From Hyphochytrium catenoides (Eukaryota > Protista > Hyphochytriomycota), in the NCBI GenBank assembly GCA_900088475.1, contig FLMG01000350.1:1-64000 (forward strand): a stretch of 64,000 nucleotides of DNA. Reading direction: 5' to 3'. Both the position numbers and the translations under genes were made by a program. This document shows, piece by piece, positions 37,417 through 55,827 of this stretch. Each line of letters opens with the position of its first letter. The first letter of the stretch is position 1. The notes beneath the pieces are model-generated. The model was not told the origin of the DNA, did not search any database, and was given only the letters and a program-made list of their open reading frames with translations.

Positions 37417-40034
37417 ATGCAAGTCTCATTACGATGGCTTGCCACTGTAACCCTGTTGGTGGAGCTGTGGAGCAGCAATTCGGAGTTCGCTCTAGCGTCG
37501 AGCTGCTTAGAGTGCAACGTTCCTGATCAATTGCAACTTCGATTTTGCAGCGGTATAGAGTATAATGTCTGTCGTGGCAACAGCACTTGGTCGCAGATGG
37601 TCCGTTTCTTCTCAGCCTTATTGTTCATCCTTGGCTGAACAGCAGATCTAACAATCTCTATCTAGGACCAACACGCACAGGAAGCCTTTGAGGCTCTAAA
37701 TGTAACACAAAGCAATACCACGAGCTCCATCTGCATCAGTGACCTCAAGAAAGTGTCGTGCGCCAAGGCTTTCCCAGTTTGTGAGCTTGGGTCGCCTATT
37801 TTGTTCTGTCAGAAGAGTTGTCAGCAGGTAGATTGCGGGTAAAGCTGCATAGAGAATGTAGCGGTGCTCTCACGGTCTTGTTTCTTATTGCCACGCAGGT
37901 CAACTGTTCTGCTCTAGCCACGGAAAAGCTGCAAGATGTTTGCCAACCAACCTCTGGTGACGCGATGCAGGGCATCACAACTGGCTCCAAGTGCTTCGAC
38001 TTTACTTACGCAGGACCCAATCAGCTCGCTTGGGTCATCGGGTTTGGCATTTCTGTTGTATTCTCATTCCTTGCCAGGTAAGGATGGACGACTGGTGAAC
38101 CTAGGACTTACAATCTCTGCAACGGCATGACGCCTGATTCTGACGACACGACATTCTCGTTGCGTAGTGTCGGTATCAACCTGCAAAAAAAAGCACTGAA
38201 AGGAAACGAGATGGTCGCGAAGGAGCTGAACAGGAAGCCAGTTCCCGTCTACAAACTGCCACTTTGGGTTCTGGGCTTCTTTCTTATTCTCCTGGGATCT
38301 ATATTAGACTTCGTGGCATTTGGGTTGGCACCTCAAAGTCTCTTGGCCCCACTGGGTGCTCTCACTTTGGTCTGGAATATGGTTCGTAGAACGATAGTAC
38401 CATCCCCAACGGACTTGACGCAATTCTAAGGGCCCCGCTTGTTCTAGATGTTAGCACCGTGCTTCAACAAGGAAAAGCTATCCCGCAGTGACATTGTGGC
38501 CACCATGGTCATCTTTGTGGGCGCGACTCTGGCTGTAATCTTTGGCTCCCATAGCACCCCCGAGTACAACATCGATGATCTCAGGAACCTGTACTATGAC
38601 CCGATTACAAGTAAGGCACCCCTCTTGTCCCTCTCTGCACCTCAGATCCACGGCGCTCAAATGACTTTTTATGATGACAGTCCGGTACTTCGTATCCCTA
38701 CCCTTCATCATCGGGCTACATTATGGTCTCATTGTCCTAGTTGAGAGGCACAACCTCGCAGACCCAGACAATCGGACGAATAAAATTTCGCCTACCATCT
38801 GGGCAAGGTTACACCTAGTTGGTTACTCTGGGTAAGTGTTTTTGGACAAATAACCTTCAATGAGTGGAAACATATCCTGCTTTTCGCGGACAGGCTTGCT
38901 GGGACCATGGGCGGACAGTCTGTGTTGTTTGCCAAATCTACAGCTGAATTGGTGAAGTCCGCCATTCAAGGCGAAGCGAGCTTCAAGCACTGGGAAACGT
39001 ATCTTATTGTCACCCTTCTGATAGGCTGCTTGCTAGTCCAGGTGCCAGTCGTTTGGCTCAGTCCACTCATCCACCGCTAAGCTGAACAGTGTGTCTCTTT
39101 TGAACTCCAGATTCATTACTTAAACGGGGCCTTGCTCAGATTCGACGCACTGTCGGTCGTCCCTGTATATCAGGCGTACTGGATAGTGATGGGAGTCCTT
39201 GGCGGTGTCATCTACTTTCAGGAAATTCAGCATTTTTCAACCGTGCAGGTATTTGTCAAACGTTAGTCGGCCTGCTGCCTACTCTCACACTCTGTCTCTG
39301 ACTTTCCGGTGAATACAGCAATTCTTCTTCGTCCTGGGTATCTCAGTTACAATAATCGGTGTTGTTCTTCTCACTCGGCGGAAGATGAATGCCAATGTTA
39401 CAGTTGGCCTGCCTGAGGAGCAAGTTAAACCCACCTTCAAGAAGGTTGCAACTACCTCTAAAGGTATATGAACCATGCCTTTGACCAGGAGGGAAAAGAC
39501 TGTCTCATACAAACGATCATTGCACTACTCTAGGAGAGGGCGTGGTGCTAAGCCCAGAAGGGAAAGCAGAAGGGCTAGAAGCTGAGGAAGCTCAGGAAAG
39601 AGCTATTGACAATTTTTTGGACATGTCTCCTCGCATTGGCATTGGTGAGATATTTGAAGGCCTTGGCGTACCGAAAACTCAGCAGCCAGAGATATTCAGA
39701 AGAAGCTCTAGTCGTAGAGACTCTGGCATTGACAGGTAAGCTCTACATGCGACAATCCAGCATAGTCACGGCCCAAACTTACGTCGTCCCCAGCTTGCAC
39801 AGACCTTCTCCTGTGTCAGCGGACGAGAATAAGGACAAGGAGATAATCGGCGATCCAGCCAAGGATCGATTGTGCCTACTACAGGAGTCAAGAAGCTATG
39901 CTGATTCAAGAACAATGAGTGGGAGCATGCGGCCATTGTCAACTTCTGCAGCAATTGGGAGTCCTCTTAGGCGTAAAAATAGTACCAAAACGCGAGCAGC
40001 CAGCTTTGACTCTGAGGATTTTGCATCTATGTGA
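37417..40034 (+). CDS. NIPA/DUF803 Mg2+-transporter family protein with signal peptide and Frizzled-like Cys-rich ectodomain
   Basis: NIPA motifs GINLQK, GSILDFVAFGLAPQSLLAPLGALTLVWN, GGQSVLFAKS and YLNGALLRFDALSVVPVYQ. In-frame spliced N-terminus has 12 Cys. Confidence 0.85.
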
Positions 40035-40121
40035 GGCAACTCCTATGACTCTAATGTGGCTGCGTGCAGCTGAGGGAGAATCCTCCCGTGCTCTTATTTT
40101 TATAATGTGTCGAATCCTTTG

Positions 40122-40906
40122 TTACTTGTTCCCTGACACTGCTTTAGCCACACTCCCTTTTTGCATCTGTTTACTCCAGAGGGAGTAATACCTTGCTAGA
40201 TGTCGCAAGCGGTGCTTCTGTAAAGACGAACAGTGAAATTCTTATAAACATCGTTTGCATAAGTATTGCCTTGCAGTGGATACCTCGTAGATGAGCTTCA
40301 TGATTCGGCAAGCGGATCGCCTTTCAAGTTTCATGAGTTTCGCTTCCATTGCCTCTTCATACTTTCTTAGCGCTTGAGCTGCAAGGGAGAGCTTGCTCTG
40401 GGAATCCCGGCCAACCGTGGACTTGGTCTTTGCCGCTCCATGAGCGTTTGGTCCTCCTTTTTGAGCTTGTATGCTGGCTGCTATCTGAACATTCGCTCTC
40501 TTCCTTGCCTCCAGCTCCTGCATGAATGCTATCGTGACTCAACAATAAACAGAATGTCAGAATAAAATGGATGCGCACCTCTGTTAGACATTTTGTCTTG
40601 TAGCTTAGTGTATCATTCTCCAGTTGCAAGTACTTTATTCGCTTAGCGTAGCCTGCTATTACCGAATCGGACTACCGTCCACAGCCACTCCCTGTCAGTG
40701 TTGGCTTCCTTAGTATACACGCGGTAGCGTCGCCGTACCTCATGTCGCTTAGGGGGCGAAACAGAACCATGACTATCAGAGATCACTGTCTTAGCAGGAC
40801 TGGATTGGCATTTGGAGCTAAGAGGAAAGGATTCGCTACTCTTCATAGCGACTACATCGCGCGAGAAACAGCTACCACGGGACTGCGCGGTGGTGAGAGG
40901 CCTCAT
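40122..40906 (-). CDS. Hypothetical small coiled-coil protein
   Basis: Exons YAKRIKYLQLENDTLSYKTKCLTE|ELEARKR..KLIYE|KHRLRH..GNK* join through phase-0 GT-AG introns. The first exon junction is unresolved. Confidence 0.45.
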
Positions 40907-41324
40907 TACGAACAGCCCGGTATACAATCGCTGCTGCCTGGTCGTATAGCCCCGGCTGTACGCTCGTTAAAAGGTAGAGCAATAGCCGTGAGGAATGCTT
41001 GATCAAGAGTGATTTTCGCGGTGGTGCATCCACAATATTCCCATCATCACCTGGAAGATACAATCCAGCTCACATGTCATAATCAATAAAGATCTCCTTG
41101 TCACCACCTTTCGATGGTTTGGAAGAGCCGCGTCTAGTTCTCCCTAGAGACAGCCCTTGGACGGTTACATTTGCTGGGTCCTGTACACCGGTAACCTCCG
41201 TCTACTTTACTGTATGTCCTTTGATGAGTTGGGCTGTGCACAGGCGGGCCAGCATGGCACAACAATAATATATTTTGCACGGAGCTTAGCAGGATTAAAC
41301 TGCTTATTATATACTATGGATACA

Positions 41325-48962
<7,638 letters not shown>

Positions 48963-49364
48963 CTTTATCTTGCTCTTCTGGAGTCCTCCTCTCGATTTCC
49001 TCTAAACAATCAGGGTCAGCGAGAACCCTTCTAATCGAATCCTGACGTGAAGCATCAGGGAAAGGCCTGTTGGCGTATGTGATAGCATTTGGTCTGCTTG
49101 AACTGCCTCTCTTTGTGTCTGAGAGTGATAGGCTGTCTGGGCGGAGGAATCCCTGACAAAGCTTTATAATAGTTCTTCTGTGAGATGATTGGTGGCAGCC
49201 ACCAGCGCCTGTTGCGTTTCTGATCGTCAAAAAGCTCCTTTCCAGTCATTTCTTGGTCGCCCTCATCTAGCCGTCACCGGTAATCCTCACTAATTCGTGT
49301 ACAGTACAAGTACAAATAATGACGCTTTTATTCCGCATAACCTTCTGTGATGCGCGCCATAGTG

Positions 49365-49378
49365 TTTGGCGGGAATTT
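49365..49378. promoter_or_regulatory. Overlapping double E2F-like site in the RPA1/XPD divergent promoter
   Basis: TTTGGCGGGAATTT matches WTTSSCGS on both strands (TTTGGCGG and ATTCCCGC). Confidence 0.45.
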
Positions 49379-49778
49379 GCCGCCAGCTTTGCCCTTTTAC
49401 CTCAAAGTGTTAGTTCTACATGGCAACTCTTTTGCCTTGATCACCCTGGTCGCAGACTTGAAGGCTTGGTGTGTCCTGCGTGGAACTTGAACATTTTGTA
49501 AACAAGAAGTAGGGAGAGGAGGCAAAGCAGCCGGAGCTGCTTTGCGCGTAAGGAGTGGTAGAATTCCAAGAGACTAGTAAGAAGTAGGAACCACAGCAGA
49601 ATTCTTGTGCCTGTCCTCTCAATACTTTTGCCCATCGCAGGGAACAAAGGATCCTCAGAGATGCACGCACTTCTAAGAGGCATTATCATATGTCGGTATG
49701 ACGGTGGAGGCAAAAATCTATAGAGCACTGTAACGGCAGACGACATCAAAAAAATTTCAATCCAGAAGGCCAGCCAGG

Positions 49779-52573
49779 ATGAGGTTTGATCTAGATGGAA
49801 TTGAGGTGTTTTTCCCTTATGACTACCTCTACCCGGAACAATATGACTACATGCGAGAACTCAAGCGGTCCCTCGATGCGAAGGGCCACTGTCTGCTGGA
49901 GATGCCGACAGGTCCTGGCCTGCTTAGTCTCTTCATGTGTGGAGTAACAACTAACACTCCTTACATCTACAGGGACGGGCAAGACCGTCTCCCTGCTTTC
50001 TCTGATAACCTCATACCAGTACGCAAGGCCGGGTTGCGGAAAGCTTATTTATTGCACACGAACAGTCCCGGAAATGCTGAAGTGTATGGAAGAGCTCAAG
50101 ACAGTAATAGCTTATCGTCAGAAGTGTCTAGGTAACCCAGTCGCTGTTATTCAAAGCTTACCCTTTGGTGACACTTGTCTCCAGGTGAAGAAGGAGGAAA
50201 GCTTTTGGCGGTCTCTCTTAGTTCCAGGAGAAACATGTGTATACACCCAAAAGCGATGGCAGAGACTGATAGAGAAGGAGTTGACGCACAATGCAGAAGT
50301 ATGACAGCATCCTGGGTTCGAGCTCGGGCAGCTGAGGGTGAGGACATTGAGACCTGTCCCTTCTTCGAACAGTTTGATCGTATGGGCTCAGATGTAATGC
50401 CCAACGGTATTTATTCCTTGGACGATCTTCGAGACTATGGGAAGGAAAAAGGCTGGTGTCCGTATTTCCTTGCTCGAAGGGTAATCCTCTACGCAAATGT
50501 TGTAGTGTACAACTACCAGTACATGCTGGACCCAAAGATCGCAGGCATGATCAGTCGAGAAATGGAAAAAGAGAGTATCGTGGTGTTTGACGAAGCACAT
50601 AACATTGACAACGTATGCTTAGAGGCCCTGAGTGTCCAGCTTAATAACCGCTCCCTGAACGTAGCTGCTCGCAACCTGACGACGATAGGCAATGCTATCA
50701 ACAGGTAAGGTGTGAACGTTCATGCTGAACCTACTTTTTTTGTTGACGACCGGTAAAGGTTGAAACAGGCAGATCGTGCTAGGCTGGACGAAGAATATCG
50801 GCGCTTAATTGAAGGACTAAGGTCTAGCGGTGATATTCCAGGCGGCTCGGATGGCAGAAGAGGTGGAGAGGAGCTTCTTGCCAGCCCTGTCCTTCCACAA
50901 GATCTGTTAGATGAGGCTATACCCGGCAATATCAGGAGGGCTGAACACTTCATCTCCTTCATGAGGCGGCTAGTAGAATACTTGCGCCAGCGCATCCGGG
51001 TCCAGAATGTAGAGTCAGAATCTCCCTTGGCTTTTCTCTATCATCTCAATCAGGCGACTTCAGCGGAAGCGAAGCAGCTCAAATTTTGTTACAGCAGGCT
51101 AAACTCGTTGTTGCGGACTCTGGAGGTCACTAATTTGGATGAGTTCAACGCACTTACGGACGTGGCAGATTTTGCAACACTCGTGGCAACCTATAGCCAA
51201 GGATTTATGATCATCATTGAGCCGTACAATCAAAGTACTCCCAACCTTCATGACCCAGTCCTCCAATTAGCCTGCCTAGACTCCTCCTTGGCAATCAAGC
51301 CCGTATTTGAGAGGTTCTCTTCCGTCATAATCACCTCAGGAACCTTATCTCCGATCGACCTATATCCCAAACTCTTGAACTTTAACCCGATGGTCAGAGA
51401 GTCGTTACCAATGACGGTCTATCGGCCATGTATATGCCCTCTAGTTGTTACCAGAGGCAGCGACCAGGTAGGGCCATCTCTTGTTGGGCAACAACCACTA
51501 GCCTCTCACAGTCTTTGGTCATCCCGTGCCCGGGCAGGTCCCAATATCCAGCAGGTTTGACATCCGAGATGACATCTCGGTGGTTCGTAACTATGGTGCT
51601 CTTCTCATCGAAATTGCTAAGTACGTTCCCGACGGAGTGGTCTGCTTCTTTCCTTCCTACATATACATGGAAGGTATGTGACCTCGTTTGGTTCGTGAGG
51701 ACTCATCTAAGTCCATGAGATTGACCAAACAGGCATTGTCAGCCAGTGGGATGGCTTGGGTATCCTAAAGAAGGTATTGGAACACAAACTGCTGTTTATA
51801 GAAACCAAAGACGTCGTGGAGACGACTTTAGCTCTGGACAATTTCAAGCGGGCTTGTGACTGCGGTAAGCGCTGACTAACTCCACTTGATTCCCATGTGC
51901 ACCGAAATCTGACTGTCGTTCGATTTAGGCCGGGGAGCCATTTTCCTGTCTGTGGCTCGCGGCAAAGTAGCTGAAGGGATCGATTTTGACCGTCATTATG
52001 GGCGATGTGTAGTTCTCTTCGGAGTTCCCTTTCAGTACACTCTATCACACATACTGCGGGCGCGACTTGACTACCTAAGGTAATCGGAAGCGGTTGTTGG
52101 CTGCGCACAACTGGGGTTCTAAACCCTCCTTGATAGGGACACGCACCAGATCAGGGAAGGGGACTTCCTCTCCTTTGATGCCCTTCGACAGGCGGCTCAG
52201 TGCGTGGGTCGGGTCATTAGAAGCAAGACAGACTATGGGCTTATGATATTCGCCGACCAGAGGTAGGTTATTCACTACCCGTGACCAAACACTCACTAAA
52301 TGGGCTCGTAGGTACAATCGACATGACAAGAGATCGAAGCTGCCACCCTGGATCAATCAGTTTTTAGGCGATGCACAGCTTAACCTTTCCACCGATATGG
52401 CGATTAGTATCGCAAAGAATTTTCTTAAGCAGATGGCGCAGCCGGTGAACAAAGATGATCTCATGCGCATACTTCTAAGCGAGGACAAAGTGAGACAGCT
52501 CACTAAGAAAGAAAAGGCTCTGGAGTTTGATCAGAATGATCAGAATGCTGTCAATGGAATGATAGTGAGCTGA
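49779..52573 (+). CDS. ERCC2: TFIIH helicase XPD/Rad3; 9 exons
   Basis: [20 protein letters not shown]|[15 protein letters not shown] Fe-S region, [48 protein letters not shown]. Eight GT-AG introns resolved. Confidence 0.97.
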
Positions 52574-53199
52574 TGGATCAGAAAGAAAAAGGAATGGAGG
52601 GGTTGACTCGGAGGTGGGCACTTTAGGCAACGCATCCCCTGTCAGACTACAGCTTGATGATTGTTGAGCAACCGCATAGCCCTGGCAGGTTTTATCATCA
52701 TGTTAAGATTGCTTTGTAAATTTAACTTGAATGGGGCCTTTATTATCAGCAGTTATTCAGGAACGACTAGTAGACTACTAAGGATGGCGATTATTCTCTA
52801 CTATTACTCAGAAGAAAGGGAGTAGATGAAGATAGAAAAGATGAAGAGGTAACAAGAGCTACAAAGCCCTGGACTCTTCATCGGCTCTATTCGATTAGCA
52901 CTCCTTATCAGAAGAGCAAGAATCATAGTTGATTTCCTCAGTATTAAAAGGGGGAGAAGAGTGAGGTGAAGATCAACCGCTTTTACTCTATCAACCAATA
53001 CTGAAAAGAAAGGGGAGCAAGGAAGAAGCAGCAAAGCGGCAAGAGCATGAGGTCTTGGTCCCTTTCAACAACTCCCTCCTTTCCACCACCATCATCATTA
53101 TCACAGAAGGAAGGATAATAGTGGAGTTCAGCACTAGTGGCGGAGGAACTGGGAGGAGGGGAAGAAAGAGCCCTAAGTCCATCTTCATCACTCTCAACC

Positions 53200-54520
53200 A
53201 GTCAAGCAAGCGAAGGTTTCAGCTGCTGAAGAGGAATACGTTTCAAAATTTGAAGCCCATTTTCTTTATAAATAGCCAAAGAGGCCATGGTATGACGGCG
53301 TAAAAAGCCAAAGCCAGGCGAGACCAATGACCAAAATGCCGAGAAGCATCAAGAACAGAGCAATCACTCTGACGCTTCAAACGTTGTTCCACACACTCGA
53401 GGACACACCGCATAGCTCCCCAAAGACTACCAAACTAGAGGGACAAACTGCAGCCCTTCAGCCTGACAAGGAACCGCGTACTTTGTAGGCTTAGCTTTGT
53501 CAGATAGGCGGTCCTGATAGCCGGCATGGGCTGCTGCATAGGGGAGGGCTGGATTGCAGAACATCCATGATGGACACATTTAAAGCCGTGTGATGATAAG
53601 AAGATGAGAAGCCACGAACCAACAATTCTCCAGGATTCTGATTGAAGCCCGGAAGGAGGTGACGGGGTTCACGAGAGACTCGGAGACCACTGTCCCGAAA
53701 GCATGTATAGAGAATGTCCTGAACGCGACGCACGCCAGAGTAAGCCGCAGTCTCTAGCGGCATCCAGAGGACACGAACAGGTCTGGAGCAGGACTGCGAA
53801 GCGGAGAGATACCCAAAAGCCGCCACAACATCACCGGGAACAAGGAGTAGAAACTTTCAATTGCAGTCAGGAAAGAGGAACAACCCGAAGGAAAGCCCAT
53901 GCGTACAGGAAAGAAGTAGGACGCAAGCGAGCCTTTGAATGCAAGTGCAGGTCAACAGAAGGCATGGTCTTGAGAAGGTGGTAAGGAGACTGGGGGAGAG
54001 GAGATAGGCAGGTCAACAGAAGGCAATGTCTTGAGAAGGTGGAAAGGAGGCTGGGGGAGAAGAGATAGGCAAGGCAGAAAGATGAAAAGAGAGCGGAGAC
54101 CAATAAACAATAGAGTTTTGAGAGGCACACGTCTTCAGAAGAGAGCTGAAGTAGACTACACAATCATTCAAGATCGAAGAAGGAATCTTGCGGGTGGACC
54201 TGCCGGGAATATGGCAGATGCACATAAGAGAAGGACGACGAGGCTCATGCACCAGAGAGAGACGAGGAAAGGCGTGAGATGAAAATGCTGAGAGAGAAGC
54301 GCGGTCTAGGGAAGAGAAGGGGAGAACTCCTCAATTGGAAGCACAGAGAAAAACAGAAAAGAGGAGATTGAAGGGGGAAGGGGTGAAACTTCAGAGAGGA
54401 TAGATAGCTGTGGCAGAGAGAGAGGAGAGCTTATGGCGGGCCAAGCCGGAGCCGCCAGAGGAGAGTGATCGAGCATAGCTCCAAAGCATTGGGCGAAGTG
54501 ACCGCAATCATGTTGCGCCC
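53200..54520 (-). mobile_element. Decayed non-LTR retrotransposon 3' part with restriction-like endonuclease (CRE-like)
   Basis: Frame-disrupted motifs: RVQDILY..GLRVSREP..LLPG..NPGELLV..ALNVSI (degenerate RPAD..D), KPTKY..C..GLQFVPLVW*SLG, SLAIYKENGLQIL, and upstream KARLR..AWAFLRVVP. Boundaries approximate. Confidence 0.75.
53947..54071. repeat. 61-bp tandem duplication inside the retroelement remnant
   Basis: gcaggtcaacagaaggc..ttgagaaggtgg..gggggaga.gagatag starts at 53947 and 54008, with about 5 mismatches. Confidence 0.9.
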
Positions 54521-54779
54521 GTTTAAGGGCTCTTGTAGTCCAGGATACGCCCACAATCATAGGGACAGAATTGACGGCCATGTTTGTTCAAGAAGGACAG
54601 GAGGGCAGGACGAGAGGATTCAGACCGATGCACATGTTAGAAAGCGGCCGCTTGGCGTAGACGACGAGCGCACGTGGGGAGAGGAGAAAGAAGCTCTTGA
54701 GAGAAAGAGACCGAAGCAGATGAGACTTGTGCCTCCCACAGCTCCAGTGCCTATTTGGTCTCCGCTCCTTGTTCCCGAA

Positions 54780-55240
54780 GCTGTTATCCGCCGGTCCCGT
54801 CCTGCCCATGGGGACCTGTCTTCTCTGCCCTCCCACCACCCCGCTAGTCACCCTGCCGCCACTACGGACTCTCCTATATGGTCAAACGCCCGGCGAGCGT
54901 CCAAGATGGCTGAAGATGGCTTGTTCACAAAACCCGTTGCTGGCTTGGTGTTAGATGGCATTGCTACTCCTTCAAAGTAAAATCTTCCCCCGATCAGAGC
55001 CAAGTACGCCGAGGGAACTGCCCTTCCACTTTCTGCCATGCCTGTTTTCTCCGCTAGCCTCTTACTCCTTACCCACCTTCTCAAGACGGTGCCTTCTCTT
55101 GGTTGTTCTCTCCTCGTTCTGTCACCGCTAGGACCTCTACCTCTTTTCCCCTGGGTTAGCTGGTGCCGCATCGCAACTGCGGGCGGGCACTTCAAAGACC
55201 CCTGCCTCGACAAGTAGCCTTTCTCCCTTCCTCTTTCTCC
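54780..55240 (+). mobile_element. Second, inverted and internally deleted fragment of a related retroelement
   Basis: NARRASKMAEDGLFTKPVAGLVLDGIA resembles the pre-RT region of CRE-like elements. 55066-55102 (ctccttacccaccttctcaagacggtgccttctcttg) matches the reverse complement of the 61-bp unit. Confidence 0.55.
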
Positions 55241-55827
55241 GCCGCCAGACTACTTTGCGGATTCTTTGTCTGCAAGAAGTCCTTATAGCGGTTAGCGGCT
55301 GTGGGTTGTCTCACAGTGGTACCTGTACGAGAGAATGCCAAAGGTCGCTCTTCTCAATTCCCCCTCATCACTCATCCAAGCAGAGACAAAGCCTAAGACG
55401 AATGAATCAGGTCCCATACGACGATCAGGTCGCGATTTGCTACACTGGACCTGCGTGGCGCCGCGTCGTAGCAAAATCTTTTCCTTCATCGGGCCTGAGA
55501 TGAGAAGAGGAGGACAGGCAGCCGAGTGAGCAGTAAAGCCTACGTTGAATACGACTGGCCATAAAATACCAGCCTGGACAAAAGTTATATTGTTCTCAAG
55601 CCCAGGATCAACGTAGTAGAAGAAGCTAGAACAAACTTCCCCATCTCCCTTGGGAGAATAACACTTCTTAGGTGGCTGCCCATAGATATCAGCTTCGACA
55701 AAGTGATTTTGTTTCAGGCTCAGGTGTAGCGTAGAGGAACCCAACTCCTCCTATCTCCTTGGAAACCATCAATTTCCAAGATAGCGGCCCCGGTGGTCCT
55801 GGATGTCAGTCTGTGGCGGCGGCAACA

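Noticed and set aside
49387-49409. U5 snRNA-like stem-loop GCUUUG-CCCUUUUACCU-CAAAGU
   Set aside because: The loop is not the invariant GCCUUUUAC in register, and no convincing U5 long stem or Sm site follows.
55292-55744. 150-aa minus-strand ORF
   Set aside because: Non-ATG start, no recognisable motif, and it lies between a TE remnant and the next gene's promoter.
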